DNA of 32,000 bases from Ktedonobacterales bacterium (GTDB lineage: Bacteria; Chloroflexota; Ktedonobacteria; Ktedonobacterales; JADMIN01): NCBI GenBank assembly GCA_030167145.1, contig CP126532.1, positions 1,020,001 through 1,052,000 of the forward strand, given 5' to 3'. Positions 1 to 7,855 of this stretch are shown here, piece by piece; position 1 is the stretch's first letter, and every line of letters begins with the position of its first letter. Below the pieces are notes generated by a model. That model was not told the origin of the DNA. It saw only the letters and a program-made list of their open reading frames with translations, and did not search any database. A program made the translations under genes and the position numbers.

Positions 1-568
1 GCGGCACGGGCCGATCCTGGAATGCCCGCACCGAGCGCCGACTGCGGGCCAGCGGCGCGAAATCCAGGCCGCGCCCTGGCTGTAGCCAGGCGTTACCCGC
101 GTCCGTGCCTGTTGTATCTGCCGTCTCCGCCAGCGCCGGACCCCATGAGGTCACGCGCTCTGGCGTGAGCGCGATCACTGGGCGGCTTTCGAGGTCCATC
201 GTTCGGTACTGCGGATAGCGGTCGCGCAGCAGCCGCAGCGCCGTGGCGTGGCCGTCACTTTCAGGGGGGAGCAGCCTCGCTGGGCCGCGCGCCAGCACAT
301 AGCCCAGGCGCGACCAGTCATCATCGTACACATCTACGAGTAGCGATGCTTCGGGCCGCGCCTGGATGTTGCGGATGCGCTGGAGTCCTTGCCAGCCGCC
401 GCGCTTGGGCTTTTCGTCTAGCGGTGTGTAGAAGCGCTGCCCATCGTAGGCGAAGCAGACTGGCACGGCGTGCGGCTGCCCCGCCGCGTCCGCCGTCGCC
501 AACCGCGCCACGCGCTGCCGCTCCACGAAGGCGCGCTCGGCGGGTGTGAGGGTGTTCCGTTCAGGCAT
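1..568 (-). CDS. PPOX-class (Rv0121-like) probable F420-binding domain fused to the start of a nitroreductase-like domain; 3' end runs off the left edge (partial)
   Basis: Not in the ORF track because it is truncated. Manual reverse-strand translation from ATG at 568-566 is open to base 2: MPERNTLTPAERAFVERQRVARLATADAAGQPHAVPVCFAYDGQRFYTPLDEKPKRGG...VDVYDDDWSRLGYVLARG...TSWGP, then a linker, then LARSRRSVRAFQDRPVP (typical nitroreductase N-terminal motif). SD AGGAGAG lies 6 nt upstream. It is the last visible gene of the F420 operon. Confidence 0.7.
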   Translation of the reverse strand, partial: MPERNTLTPAERAFVERQRVARLATADAAGQPHAVPVCFAYDGQRFYTPLDEKPKRGGWQGLQRIRNIQARPEASLLVDVYDDDWSRLGYVLARGPARLLPPESDGHATALRLLRDRYPQYRTMDLESRPVIALTPERVTSWGPALAETADTTGTDAGNAWLQPGRGLDFAPLARSRRSVRAFQDRPVP

Positions 569-585
569 GGCGCGCTCTCCTAGGC

Positions 586-699
586 GGGCGTCCACCGGCC
601 CACGGGCGTCCACCGGACCACGGGCGTCCACCGGACCACGGGCGTCCACCGGCCCACGGGCGTCCACCGGACCACGGGCGTCCACCGGACGCCCCTACG
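586..699. repeat. Tandem array: five 18-bp units GGGCGTCCACCGG(A/C)CCAC plus a sixth copy that continues into the full palindromic element GGGCGTCCACCGGACGCCCCTACG
   Basis: Direct reading gives units at 586-603, 604-621, 622-639, 640-657 and 658-675, with the terminal copy at 676-699. It fills the intercistronic spacer between the Fgd-like stop (695-697) and the next start (568). There are no unique spacers, so it is not CRISPR. Confidence 0.95.
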
Positions 700-1690
700 A
701 TTGGGTTGGCTGCCAGCGCAGGTGCGGCAGCACGTCGCGGGCGTAGGCCTGGATGAATGCCTCCTGGTTGCGCCCGACATTATGGACGTAGACATCATCG
801 AAACCCAGGTCAATGAAGTGCTGGATGTGCGCGGCATGCTCGCCCAGGTCCGCCGACATGAAGACGCGCCCCTCGAAGTGCTCCGGGCGCACGAGCTTCG
901 CCATTGCCGCGAAGTCGTCCGTGCTGCGGATGTCGCCTTTGGGGAAAGCCATGCCGCCGTTGGGCCACTCGCGCACGGCCTGCTCCACCGCTGCCTCGCG
1001 GCTCTCGGCCCATGAGACGTGCAACTGGATGATGCGGCGCATCGCGCTGAGGTCGCGCCCCGCCTCACGCGCGCCCTTCTCGAAGCGGCCCAGCAGTGTG
1101 CGGATCTTCTCATCCGGCGCGCCTACGGTGATGATACCTTCGGCGATGCGCCCGGTGCGCTCGCTGTTCACTGGTCCCGACGTGGCGATGTAGATCGGCG
1201 GCGGGGTGTCGGGCAGGGTGTAGAGCCGGGCGCTCTCGACATCGAAGAACGCGCTGTGCTGCTTGACGACTTTGCCGGTAAAGAGCTTGTGGATCACCTC
1301 AACGGCGTCTTCCAGCAATTGCAGCCGCTGTGGCGCTTCGGGCCAGTAGCGCCCGACGATGTGCTCGTTGAGCGCCTCGCCCGCGCCGATGCCCAGGTAG
1401 AAGCGTCCGGGGAACATCGCTGCCAGCGTCGCCGACGCCTGCGCCAGGATCGCCGGATGATAGCGATAGCCGGGGGCCGTCACGCCAGGGCCGAAGCGCA
1501 CACGGCTGGTCTGCGCGCCGAGCGCGCCCATCCACGCCCAGACGAATGCCGATTGGCCTTGCTGGGGTGTCCAGGGGTGGAAGTGGTCGGAGGCCATGAT
1601 GCCACCGAAGCCCGCGTCCTCTGCCTGTCGCGACCACCGCAAAAGGTCGGTGGGGTGGAATTGCTCAAACATTGCCGCATAACCGAGCAT
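695..1690 (-). CDS. LLM-class F420-dependent oxidoreductase, glucose-6-phosphate dehydrogenase (Fgd)-like family
   Basis: 331-aa ORF. Over its whole length it resembles the luciferase-like F420-dependent G6P dehydrogenase family (ASDHFHPW, GIGAGEALNE, IYIATSGP motifs as in mycobacterial Fgd). Sits in the F420 operon. Substrate is not determinable from sequence. Confidence 0.85.
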   Translation of the reverse strand: MLGYAAMFEQFHPTDLLRWSRQAEDAGFGGIMASDHFHPWTPQQGQSAFVWAWMGALGAQTSRVRFGPGVTAPGYRYHPAILAQASATLAAMFPGRFYLGIGAGEALNEHIVGRYWPEAPQRLQLLEDAVEVIHKLFTGKVVKQHSAFFDVESARLYTLPDTPPPIYIATSGPVNSERTGRIAEGIITVGAPDEKIRTLLGRFEKGAREAGRDLSAMRRIIQLHVSWAESREAAVEQAVREWPNGGMAFPKGDIRSTDDFAAMAKLVRPEHFEGRVFMSADLGEHAAHIQHFIDLGFDDVYVHNVGRNQEAFIQAYARDVLPHLRWQPTQS

Positions 1691-1723
1691 CGTGTTGCCT
1701 GTCCTTCCTGTTGCGCGCGTCGC

Positions 1724-2500
1724 CTAGCGAAAGAGGTCCATAGCCGGGTCCATGATGAGATCCGCGCCCGCGCCGTCACGCCGCTCATAGGGATAGCCGC
1801 GAATCAGCGTGAAGGGGCAGCGGCTCACCTTGCCAGAAACCAGTTCAGCGGCGGCGGCCAGCTCATCGGCGACGGCGATTACGCTGGCATGCATCACGCG
1901 GCCAAAGTCGTCGGGCTGGCCGCGATAGTCCGCAAGCGGTGCGATGCCCGCGACGCCGATGGCGACATTGGTGATGCCGTTGCGCCAGGGCCGCCCGAAT
2001 GAATCAGAGATGATTACCGCGATCTCCACACCGGTGCGCTCGCGGAGAGCGGCGCGCAGTTCGGCGGCGGAACGGTCTGGGTCGCGCGGCAGCAGGCACG
2101 CTATGTCGCCGCCAGCGACGTTGGAGGCGTCCACACCGGCATTGGCGCAGATCAGCCCGTGGCGCGTCTGCGTAATCAGGATGCCGCGCTCCATCCGCAC
2201 GATGCGCACGCTCTCGCGCAGCACGACTTCGACATAGCGCGGGTCTTTGTCCCAACGTTCGGCGAAGCGCAGCGCCAGATCGGAGGGTTCGACCTCGTTC
2301 AAGTTGACGAGCTGCCCCTCGACCTTGGAGACCACTTTCTGTGTGACCACCAGGATATCGCCATCGCGCAGCGCGACATCGGTGGCGCGGGCGGCATCAA
2401 GCACCAGCGCCACCAGATCGTCGCCGGGATGCGCTTCGGGCACGTCGCGCAGGCCGAGAAGGCGCACCTCGCCAGCGCCCAGCGCGTGCGGATGCGTCAT
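1724..2500 (-). CDS. cofE: Coenzyme F420-0:L-glutamate ligase (CofE), standalone form without a C-terminal nitroreductase domain
   Basis: 258-aa ORF with CofE-family sequence (VVTQKVVSKVEG, GLICANAGVDASNV, IISDSFGRPWRNG). Its ATG overlaps the cofC stop as ATGA (2497-2500). Confidence 0.9.
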   Translation of the reverse strand: MTHPHALGAGEVRLLGLRDVPEAHPGDDLVALVLDAARATDVALRDGDILVVTQKVVSKVEGQLVNLNEVEPSDLALRFAERWDKDPRYVEVVLRESVRIVRMERGILITQTRHGLICANAGVDASNVAGGDIACLLPRDPDRSAAELRAALRERTGVEIAVIISDSFGRPWRNGITNVAIGVAGIAPLADYRGQPDDFGRVMHASVIAVADELAAAAELVSGKVSRCPFTLIRGYPYERRDGAGADLIMDPAMDLFR

Positions 2501-3168
2501 AGTCTGGCTCTTCCGCGCGTCACTGGCACGGCGACGTCCGCAGGCTGCCCTGGCGACCAGTGGCCACCGTTGAGCAGGCCGCGCACGTCGGCGGGGGTAT
2601 CAATATCGCGACTGGTGCCGTTCGAATCGAAGATGGCGGGGGTCAGGCCCAGTTGCAGGGCGTTCTCTTTATGCCGCGCGAGGCTGTCATCACCAAAAGC
2701 GAAGGGTACGCCGCTGGGGGGACGCAGCAGCAGCCCGTTCGTGCCGCGCTCGCGCCGGTCGGGGGCGATAACGAGGCCCGGCGCATCTGGATTCGCGGGC
2801 AGCATCGCCACGAACGACGCGACTTCTCGCGGCTTGAGATGCGGCAAATCACCCAGCAAGACCAGCAACGCCTCAGCGCCCTGCTCCATCGCCCAGCGGC
2901 GGCCCTGTTCGAGACCTTCGTTCAGGCCACCCTGGTCCTGGCGCAATGCGGTCACATCATACATTTGCGCCCAGGTGAGCACATCCTTGCCGGGACTGAT
3001 GACCGCGACAGCCGTCACTGTGTGGGAATCACGCACGGCATCGAGGACACGGCCCGCCATCCACCGCGCGAGCGCCGCCCGCTCCGGCGCATACAGCACG
3101 CCGCGCAGGCGCGACTTGGAGGCGCTCCAGCTATTGAGGGGAATGAGTGCTACGGTTTTCACAATCAA
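2497..3168 (-). CDS. cofC: 2-phospho-L-lactate / phosphoenolpyruvate guanylyltransferase (CofC/FbiD)
   Basis: 223-aa ORF of the CofC family (ALIPLNSWSASKSRL, LLVLLGDLPHL, GTNGLLL, FGDDSLARH). Probable TTG start overlaps the cofD TGA as TTGA (3165-3168). Confidence 0.85.
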   Translation of the reverse strand: MIVKTVALIPLNSWSASKSRLRGVLYAPERAALARWMAGRVLDAVRDSHTVTAVAVISPGKDVLTWAQMYDVTALRQDQGGLNEGLEQGRRWAMEQGAEALLVLLGDLPHLKPREVASFVAMLPANPDAPGLVIAPDRRERGTNGLLLRPPSGVPFAFGDDSLARHKENALQLGLTPAIFDSNGTSRDIDTPADVRGLLNGGHWSPGQPADVAVPVTRGRARL

Positions 3169-4115
3169 ACGTTCCCTTCGTCTCCGCGCAGTTCGGCAGC
3201 GAATTGCGCTACCTCGCTCGCCAGGCGTATGCGGTCCGCGAGGGAGGTCATCACCGTATCAGTAACGAGCACACGCACACCCAATAACGCAATGCGTGCT
3301 TGTTGCTCGGCGTCGGCATGGTCTATCACAATGCCAGTGAGAAGATCATGATACAACGACACAACGGCGAATGGCGACGCCTCATGGCCGAGGTCGCGCA
3401 GCATCGTATCAGCGGGGCCTTTGAGCGCACGCCCACCAACAATCGGGCTGACGGCGACCTTCGGCGCGGATGTGGAGCGCAACAGGTCACGCATACCAGG
3501 AACAGCCAGGATGGGGCCGATACTGACGATGGGATTCGATGGGCAGAAGATGATCGCGCTGGCATCGCGCACCGCCTGGCGCACCGCATCGGGAATCCGC
3601 GCCGCTTCGATGCCAGCGAAACGCACGCCGCGCACCGTATCGCTGTGGCGGCGGCGCACAAAGTAGTCCTGAAAGGCAAGCTCACCATCAGGTGTCGCGA
3701 CCATCGTGGCGACCGGCTCATCGGCCATCGGCAGCAGCCGTGCGCGTACACCCAGCGCCCCGGTGAATGCGGCCAGCACGCGCGTCATACTCCAGCCTTC
3801 GCGCAGACGTTGCGTGCGCAGCAGGTGCGTGGCAAAGTCGTGGTCGCCCACCTGAAACCAGGTGTCTTCGCCGTAGCGGCGCAGCATCGCCAGCGTCTCG
3901 AAGGTGTCGCCCGCGAGGCCCCAGCCGGTGGCGGGGTTGGCGATGCCGGCAAGGGTGTAGAGCACGGTATCCGCGTCGGGTGAGATGCGGAGTCCGTAGA
4001 GATCGAAGTCGTCGGCGGTGTTGACCACGACTGCCAGCGTATCCGGGCCAAGCGCCCGATAGAGGCCATCGGCCAGCTTCGCGCCGCCAACGCCGCCCGC
4101 GAGAGCAAGTATCAT
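3165..4115 (-). CDS. cofD: 2-phospho-L-lactate transferase (CofD/FbiA)
   Basis: 316-aa ORF of the CofD family (LAGGVGGAKL, NTADDFDLYGLRISPDADTVLYTLAG, CPSNPIVSIGPIL). Its ATG overlaps the upstream stop as ATGA (4112-4115). Confidence 0.9.
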   Translation of the reverse strand: MILALAGGVGGAKLADGLYRALGPDTLAVVVNTADDFDLYGLRISPDADTVLYTLAGIANPATGWGLAGDTFETLAMLRRYGEDTWFQVGDHDFATHLLRTQRLREGWSMTRVLAAFTGALGVRARLLPMADEPVATMVATPDGELAFQDYFVRRRHSDTVRGVRFAGIEAARIPDAVRQAVRDASAIIFCPSNPIVSIGPILAVPGMRDLLRSTSAPKVAVSPIVGGRALKGPADTMLRDLGHEASPFAVVSLYHDLLTGIVIDHADAEQQARIALLGVRVLVTDTVMTSLADRIRLASEVAQFAAELRGDEGNV

Positions 4116-4525
4116 GCGTCCTCGCCGAAGCCATACAAAAGAACGCGCGACATTGGCAGGCGAATCGTCACGCGATGCTGTTTACTAAACTGCCCGCGCA
4201 TTTGCTGTTCCGCCTTTTCAGGCCCGTTGTAGCGCACGGCGAGCGCATGGATGTCGGCCTGGGCGATGGTCTGGTCATCCACCAGCGTCACCGCGCCGCG
4301 AATGGTGATCGCGCGGTATGCGTCTTCGATGCAGATCGAGACTCGCGGGTCGCGGCGCAGATGCTTCTCTTTCACACGCCCAGCCGCCGTATTCATGATA
4401 ATCTCGTCGTCGCGCAGTTCGTACCATACCACCGTCTGATGCGGCATGCCATCCGCCGCGATGGTCGCCAGCACGGCAAAGCGTGGCTCGCTCAGAAACT
4501 GCCGGACATCTCTACGCAACGCCAT
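4112..4525 (-). CDS. PPOX-class (pyridoxamine 5'-phosphate oxidase-like) probable F420-dependent protein
   Basis: The ORF track gives 4112-4636. The internal ATG at 4525 (MALRRDVRQFLSEPRFAVLATIAADGMPHQTVVWY...) is preferred because GAGGA lies about 8 nt upstream and the N-terminus then matches split-barrel PPOX proteins. This start overlaps the LLM gene stop by 14 nt. Confidence 0.8.
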   Translation of the reverse strand: MALRRDVRQFLSEPRFAVLATIAADGMPHQTVVWYELRDDEIIMNTAAGRVKEKHLRRDPRVSICIEDAYRAITIRGAVTLVDDQTIAQADIHALAVRYNGPEKAEQQMRGQFSKQHRVTIRLPMSRVLLYGFGEDA

Positions 4526-5462
4526 CGGTTCGTTCCTCTTCAATTGGCTGATCTTCACGTCCGGCAACTCTGATACGCTCCACATACGGAATGACCTCGG
4601 TCGCAAGCAGGTCGAAGATCTCCGGCTCATAGACATTCGGCAAGCTAAAGATCGCCTGATCTATCCCCAGTTCGGCGAGCCGCGCGAAGGAGTCTACGGC
4701 CTGAGCAGGCGTGAGCGTGCCATTGGCTCCATCGCGCGCGAGCCGCAGCGTGTCGAGCGTCGTCTTTTCAATCTCATCATAGTCGCGCCCGACCGCATCG
4801 CAGTGGCGGCGCAGAATATCCAGCTTGTGACGCAGCACATCTTCGCCCATCCGCGCGAAAATGTTGCAGGCGTCGCCATACTGCGCCACCAGCCGCAGGG
4901 TCTTCTGCTCGCCGCCACCGCCAATGAGAATCGGCGGATGCGGCTTTTGCACCGCCTGGGGCGAGTTCAGCGGACGCTCCAATTGATAGTGTTCGCCGTT
5001 GTAGGGGCGGTCATCGCCGGACCACATCTGATGCGCGATCTGGAGCGTCTCTTCGAGGCGCTCGAAGCGCTCTTTCAGTGGTGGAAACGGCACGCCCAAC
5101 CCGCGATGCTCCTGTTCGTTCCACGCCGCGCCGACGCCAAAATAGGACCGGCCATGCGAGAGCACATCCAGCGTGGTGGCCGTCTTCACCAGCAGGCCCG
5201 GATGCCGGTAGGTGACGCCCGTCACCATCGTGCCCAGCCGGATACGATTCGTTTGTCCAGCGGCAAAGGCCAGAGCGGTCCAGCCTTCCAGCATTTCGTT
5301 CTCAGGCGCTCCAACATAGCCAATCTGGAAGAAATGGTCCATCACCCACAGGCTATAGAAACCAGCACGCTCGGCGTCGCGCGCAATGCGCGCGAAGGTG
5401 TCTCCAAGCTGTTGCTGGCCGTTCGGATACGTAAAATTGGGAACTTGCAAGCCGACGCGCAT
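4512..5462 (-). CDS. LLM-class F420-dependent oxidoreductase (Rv1855c-like family)
   Basis: 316-aa ORF, luciferase-like monooxygenase family (MRVGLQVPNF, WVMDHFFQ, GVGAAWNEQEH, PPILIGGGGEQKTLR). SD GAGGAG lies 9 nt upstream. First gene of the operon. Confidence 0.85.
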   Translation of the reverse strand: MRVGLQVPNFTYPNGQQQLGDTFARIARDAERAGFYSLWVMDHFFQIGYVGAPENEMLEGWTALAFAAGQTNRIRLGTMVTGVTYRHPGLLVKTATTLDVLSHGRSYFGVGAAWNEQEHRGLGVPFPPLKERFERLEETLQIAHQMWSGDDRPYNGEHYQLERPLNSPQAVQKPHPPILIGGGGEQKTLRLVAQYGDACNIFARMGEDVLRHKLDILRRHCDAVGRDYDEIEKTTLDTLRLARDGANGTLTPAQAVDSFARLAELGIDQAIFSLPNVYEPEIFDLLATEVIPYVERIRVAGREDQPIEEERTDGVA

Positions 5463-5678
5463 GAACGATTACTCCTCTTCGACCACAGCGCACACATACG
5501 CGCGAGGCGGTTCGTAAGCCCGTCCGTCTCGCTCACTGTAAAAAGTATAGCGTTGCATGGCAAGGGAAGGATGGGTAATCAGGCGGCTATGTAGAAACCA
5601 GCGGGCTTCGTGCGTCTATATAGTGATGCGATACAGAGTGGCGCGTGCGTGTTGGAGGCGGAAAAAAGGAGATTAGGT

Positions 5679-6980
5679 ATGGATTCGCGTCTGGATACTC
5701 ATCGGAACCGTCGTCGCGGTGTATGCACATGGGGTCCGGCCTGGGGGATTCGTAGCGTGTGGGCGAGCGCATCCATGCTGCTGGCCTGCGCGGCGCTGCT
5801 GCTCGCGGGCTGTGGCAATGCGTCGCGGCCAGCGAACGCGAGCGCGCCGCTGCCGAAGATTCCGCACGCGAGGGCGCTGGTCTGGCAGGATGCGCAGACG
5901 CCGGTGTCGCTGGTATTGCAGACGCCATGGCCATTTCAGCCGCCGACGCTGGCCGTCGCGCCCAGCAATGGCAATGTCGCCTATGAATGCTACGCCCCCG
6001 CCAGCGCGACCTCGCAGAGCGGACAGGTGTGGGTGACGCGCGACCGCGCCGCGCACTGGACGCGCGCCGCCGATCTGCCCACTGGCGGCGAGGTAGATTC
6101 CTGCACGATTACCGTAAATGATCTGACACCGACGACCGCCGTCGCGATGACCTTTCGCGATGCGCGAGATGGGTGCTTCGCATGCGCTCACGGCACACGC
6201 TCCTATTTCCTGACCACCGATGGCGGCGCGACGTGGACTCCGCAGAGCGGGAGCGTGTTTCCTATTGGTCAGTTCGCCACGGCGCGCGGCGTGACCTACG
6301 CGCTGAATACACCGCCGCTGGCCGACGCGCAGCCGTGGCAATCCACGCTGCTGGTCAGCCGCGACGGTATGCGCACCTGGTCGCCGATTGACCAGCCCAT
6401 CCATGCCTCGTCCGGGCATGCCGTGATGCGCTTCTGGCTCAGCCCCGCGACGGGCGAGCTGCTGGCCTACGCGAGCAATAGCGCGGCATTTGAAGAGCAG
6501 GTCTGGCTCTCGCGGGATGGCGGCGGCCAGTGGTCGCAGCTACAGGGGGCGATAGGGCAAGAGTACATCGTTCGCATACCAGACGCAGGGCAACCCTGGT
6601 ACATCTGCGGCATGCGTGACGGCATGGATTCCACTCACCCCGTTGGGCCGAATATGCTGACGTGCAGCTATGATAGCGGCAAGACCTGGCATGGCGCGGG
6701 CGGGCCAGGTGGCGGGCCATACGGCGTGCAAAATGGCGTCTTCGCCTTCGCGGACGACGGCAGCGTGCTGCAAACCATGCCGCTCAGCACAACGCCGACC
6801 CTCGGCGCAACGACGCCGAGCCAGGTTGGCCGGCTGATCCCTCGCGGAACGACATGGGAACCGCTCGGCCCCGCGCCCACTTACGGCCCGATCCTGTACG
6901 CTTCCGGAGTGCTGTGGATGACACCGCAGTACGCAGGCGGCGACCCGCACGGCACGATCTCCACCGCCAGTTATACGTAG
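5679..6980 (+). CDS. Secreted BNR/Asp-box repeat beta-propeller protein, probable lipoprotein
   Basis: Five S/T-x-D-x-G-x-(T/Q)-W Asp-box motifs (TRDRAAHWT, TTDGGATWT, SRDGMRTWS, SRDGGGQWS, SYDSGKTWH). Lipobox LLLAGC. ATG 5679 is preferred over 5610 because AAGGAG lies 7 nt upstream. Confidence 0.75.
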   Translation: MDSRLDTHRNRRRGVCTWGPAWGIRSVWASASMLLACAALLLAGCGNASRPANASAPLPKIPHARALVWQDAQTPVSLVLQTPWPFQPPTLAVAPSNGNVAYECYAPASATSQSGQVWVTRDRAAHWTRAADLPTGGEVDSCTITVNDLTPTTAVAMTFRDARDGCFACAHGTRSYFLTTDGGATWTPQSGSVFPIGQFATARGVTYALNTPPLADAQPWQSTLLVSRDGMRTWSPIDQPIHASSGHAVMRFWLSPATGELLAYASNSAAFEEQVWLSRDGGGQWSQLQGAIGQEYIVRIPDAGQPWYICGMRDGMDSTHPVGPNMLTCSYDSGKTWHGAGGPGGGPYGVQNGVFAFADDGSVLQTMPLSTTPTLGATTPSQVGRLIPRGTTWEPLGPAPTYGPILYASGVLWMTPQYAGGDPHGTISTASYT

Positions 6981-7083
6981 CCGCGTATGCTGATACCACG
7001 ACGGGAACATTCCGCCGCCCGCATCGGCTATACTGCATGGCGGGGCGAACGCGCTCATACTGGCTGCGGTGAGACGCTGAGCG

Positions 7084-7461
7084 ATGGGGAACAGGCGCAT
7101 GCGCTGTGTGGACTGCGGTGAGATGGCGGAAGGGTCGGGCACGCGGTGCTGGCGCTGCGGCGCGGCGCTGGGGGTGACGCCAGCAATGAGCATGGAGCAA
7201 CTGGCGGGCGGTGTGCCAGTAGCGGCATTCGCCCCGTCAGCAGAGGGACCGCCGGTGCTGGCGCGTTCGTCCGCTGAGGGCGACCCGCAGGCCTTCGCGG
7301 CGATGCGGATGATACGACCCCCAGCCGGGTATCGCGTGGTGGTGCTACCGCCACCCGCCCGCCGAACCCGTACACCTGGCGGATGTGCCATACCGGGCAT
7401 GTTCGTGTTGCTGGTGGCGGCTCTTACCGTCCTGATGGTAGTCATCGGTCTAGCGCGCTAA
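7084..7461 (+). CDS. Small zinc-ribbon protein with C-terminal transmembrane anchor
   Basis: 125-aa ORF with CxxC...CxxC at the N-terminus (CVDCGE...CWRCGA) and a hydrophobic C-terminal helix (MFVLLVAALTVLMVVIGL). Start is uncertain (ATG 7084 or 7099). Confidence 0.5.
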   Translation: MGNRRMRCVDCGEMAEGSGTRCWRCGAALGVTPAMSMEQLAGGVPVAAFAPSAEGPPVLARSSAEGDPQAFAAMRMIRPPAGYRVVVLPPPARRTRTPGGCAIPGMFVLLVAALTVLMVVIGLAR

Positions 7462-7855
7462 TCGCACTAATATATCACAACACGACTAGAAATCCTCGAA
7501 TCTGGACCACAGTGCCATGTGTCACGTAATCCACAGAGCGAACAGCGATAACCAATGCTGTCTCCGGTTCGGCACTTGACTTGCTGCAACCCCATGTGGT
7601 TCCTATACAGTGTCAGTGTAGATCGTCCCGGTAACTCTCGGTTGCCGCTCGTATGTCCTCCTCATTGTGTCAGTCCGCATGTGGGATGCTGGTAGTCGTT
7701 GAACGATAGTCGTTGGGCGATCACCACACGGAGCGACGGCACAGCGCCGTGCCAGACACTATGTGCCGCTGTTTCAGCGCACGGGGTCAATGTCAAGTTC
7801 TTGCTTGCCGGACCCTCACTCTGGCGCTGACCTCCACGAGAAAGCGTGACATCAC

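Noticed and set aside
586-699. Possible CRISPR array
   Set aside because: The units are contiguous with no spacers, the unit length is only 18 bp, and there are no cas genes in the window.
546-746. 66-aa ORF with PRASTG x6 repeats
   Set aside because: It is simply the translation of the 18-bp tandem DNA repeat. It overlaps the Fgd-like gene's 3' end and has no SD. The repeat is better explained at the DNA/RNA level.
1019-2002. Long alternative-frame and antisense ORFs across the F420 operon (for example 1019-2002+, 2159-3265+, 2560-3351+, 3300-3983+, 4446-5594+, 580-1113-)
   Set aside because: They overlap genes with clear family-level sequence identity on the other strand. Their products are Arg/Ala/Pro/Gly-rich low-complexity strings, typical of off-frame translation in high-GC DNA. 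No SD support.
6540-7445. 301-aa minus-strand ORF spanning the BNR gene's 3' end and the zinc-ribbon gene
   Set aside because: It is antisense to two better-supported plus-strand genes. Its composition is low-complexity and Arg/Ala-rich.
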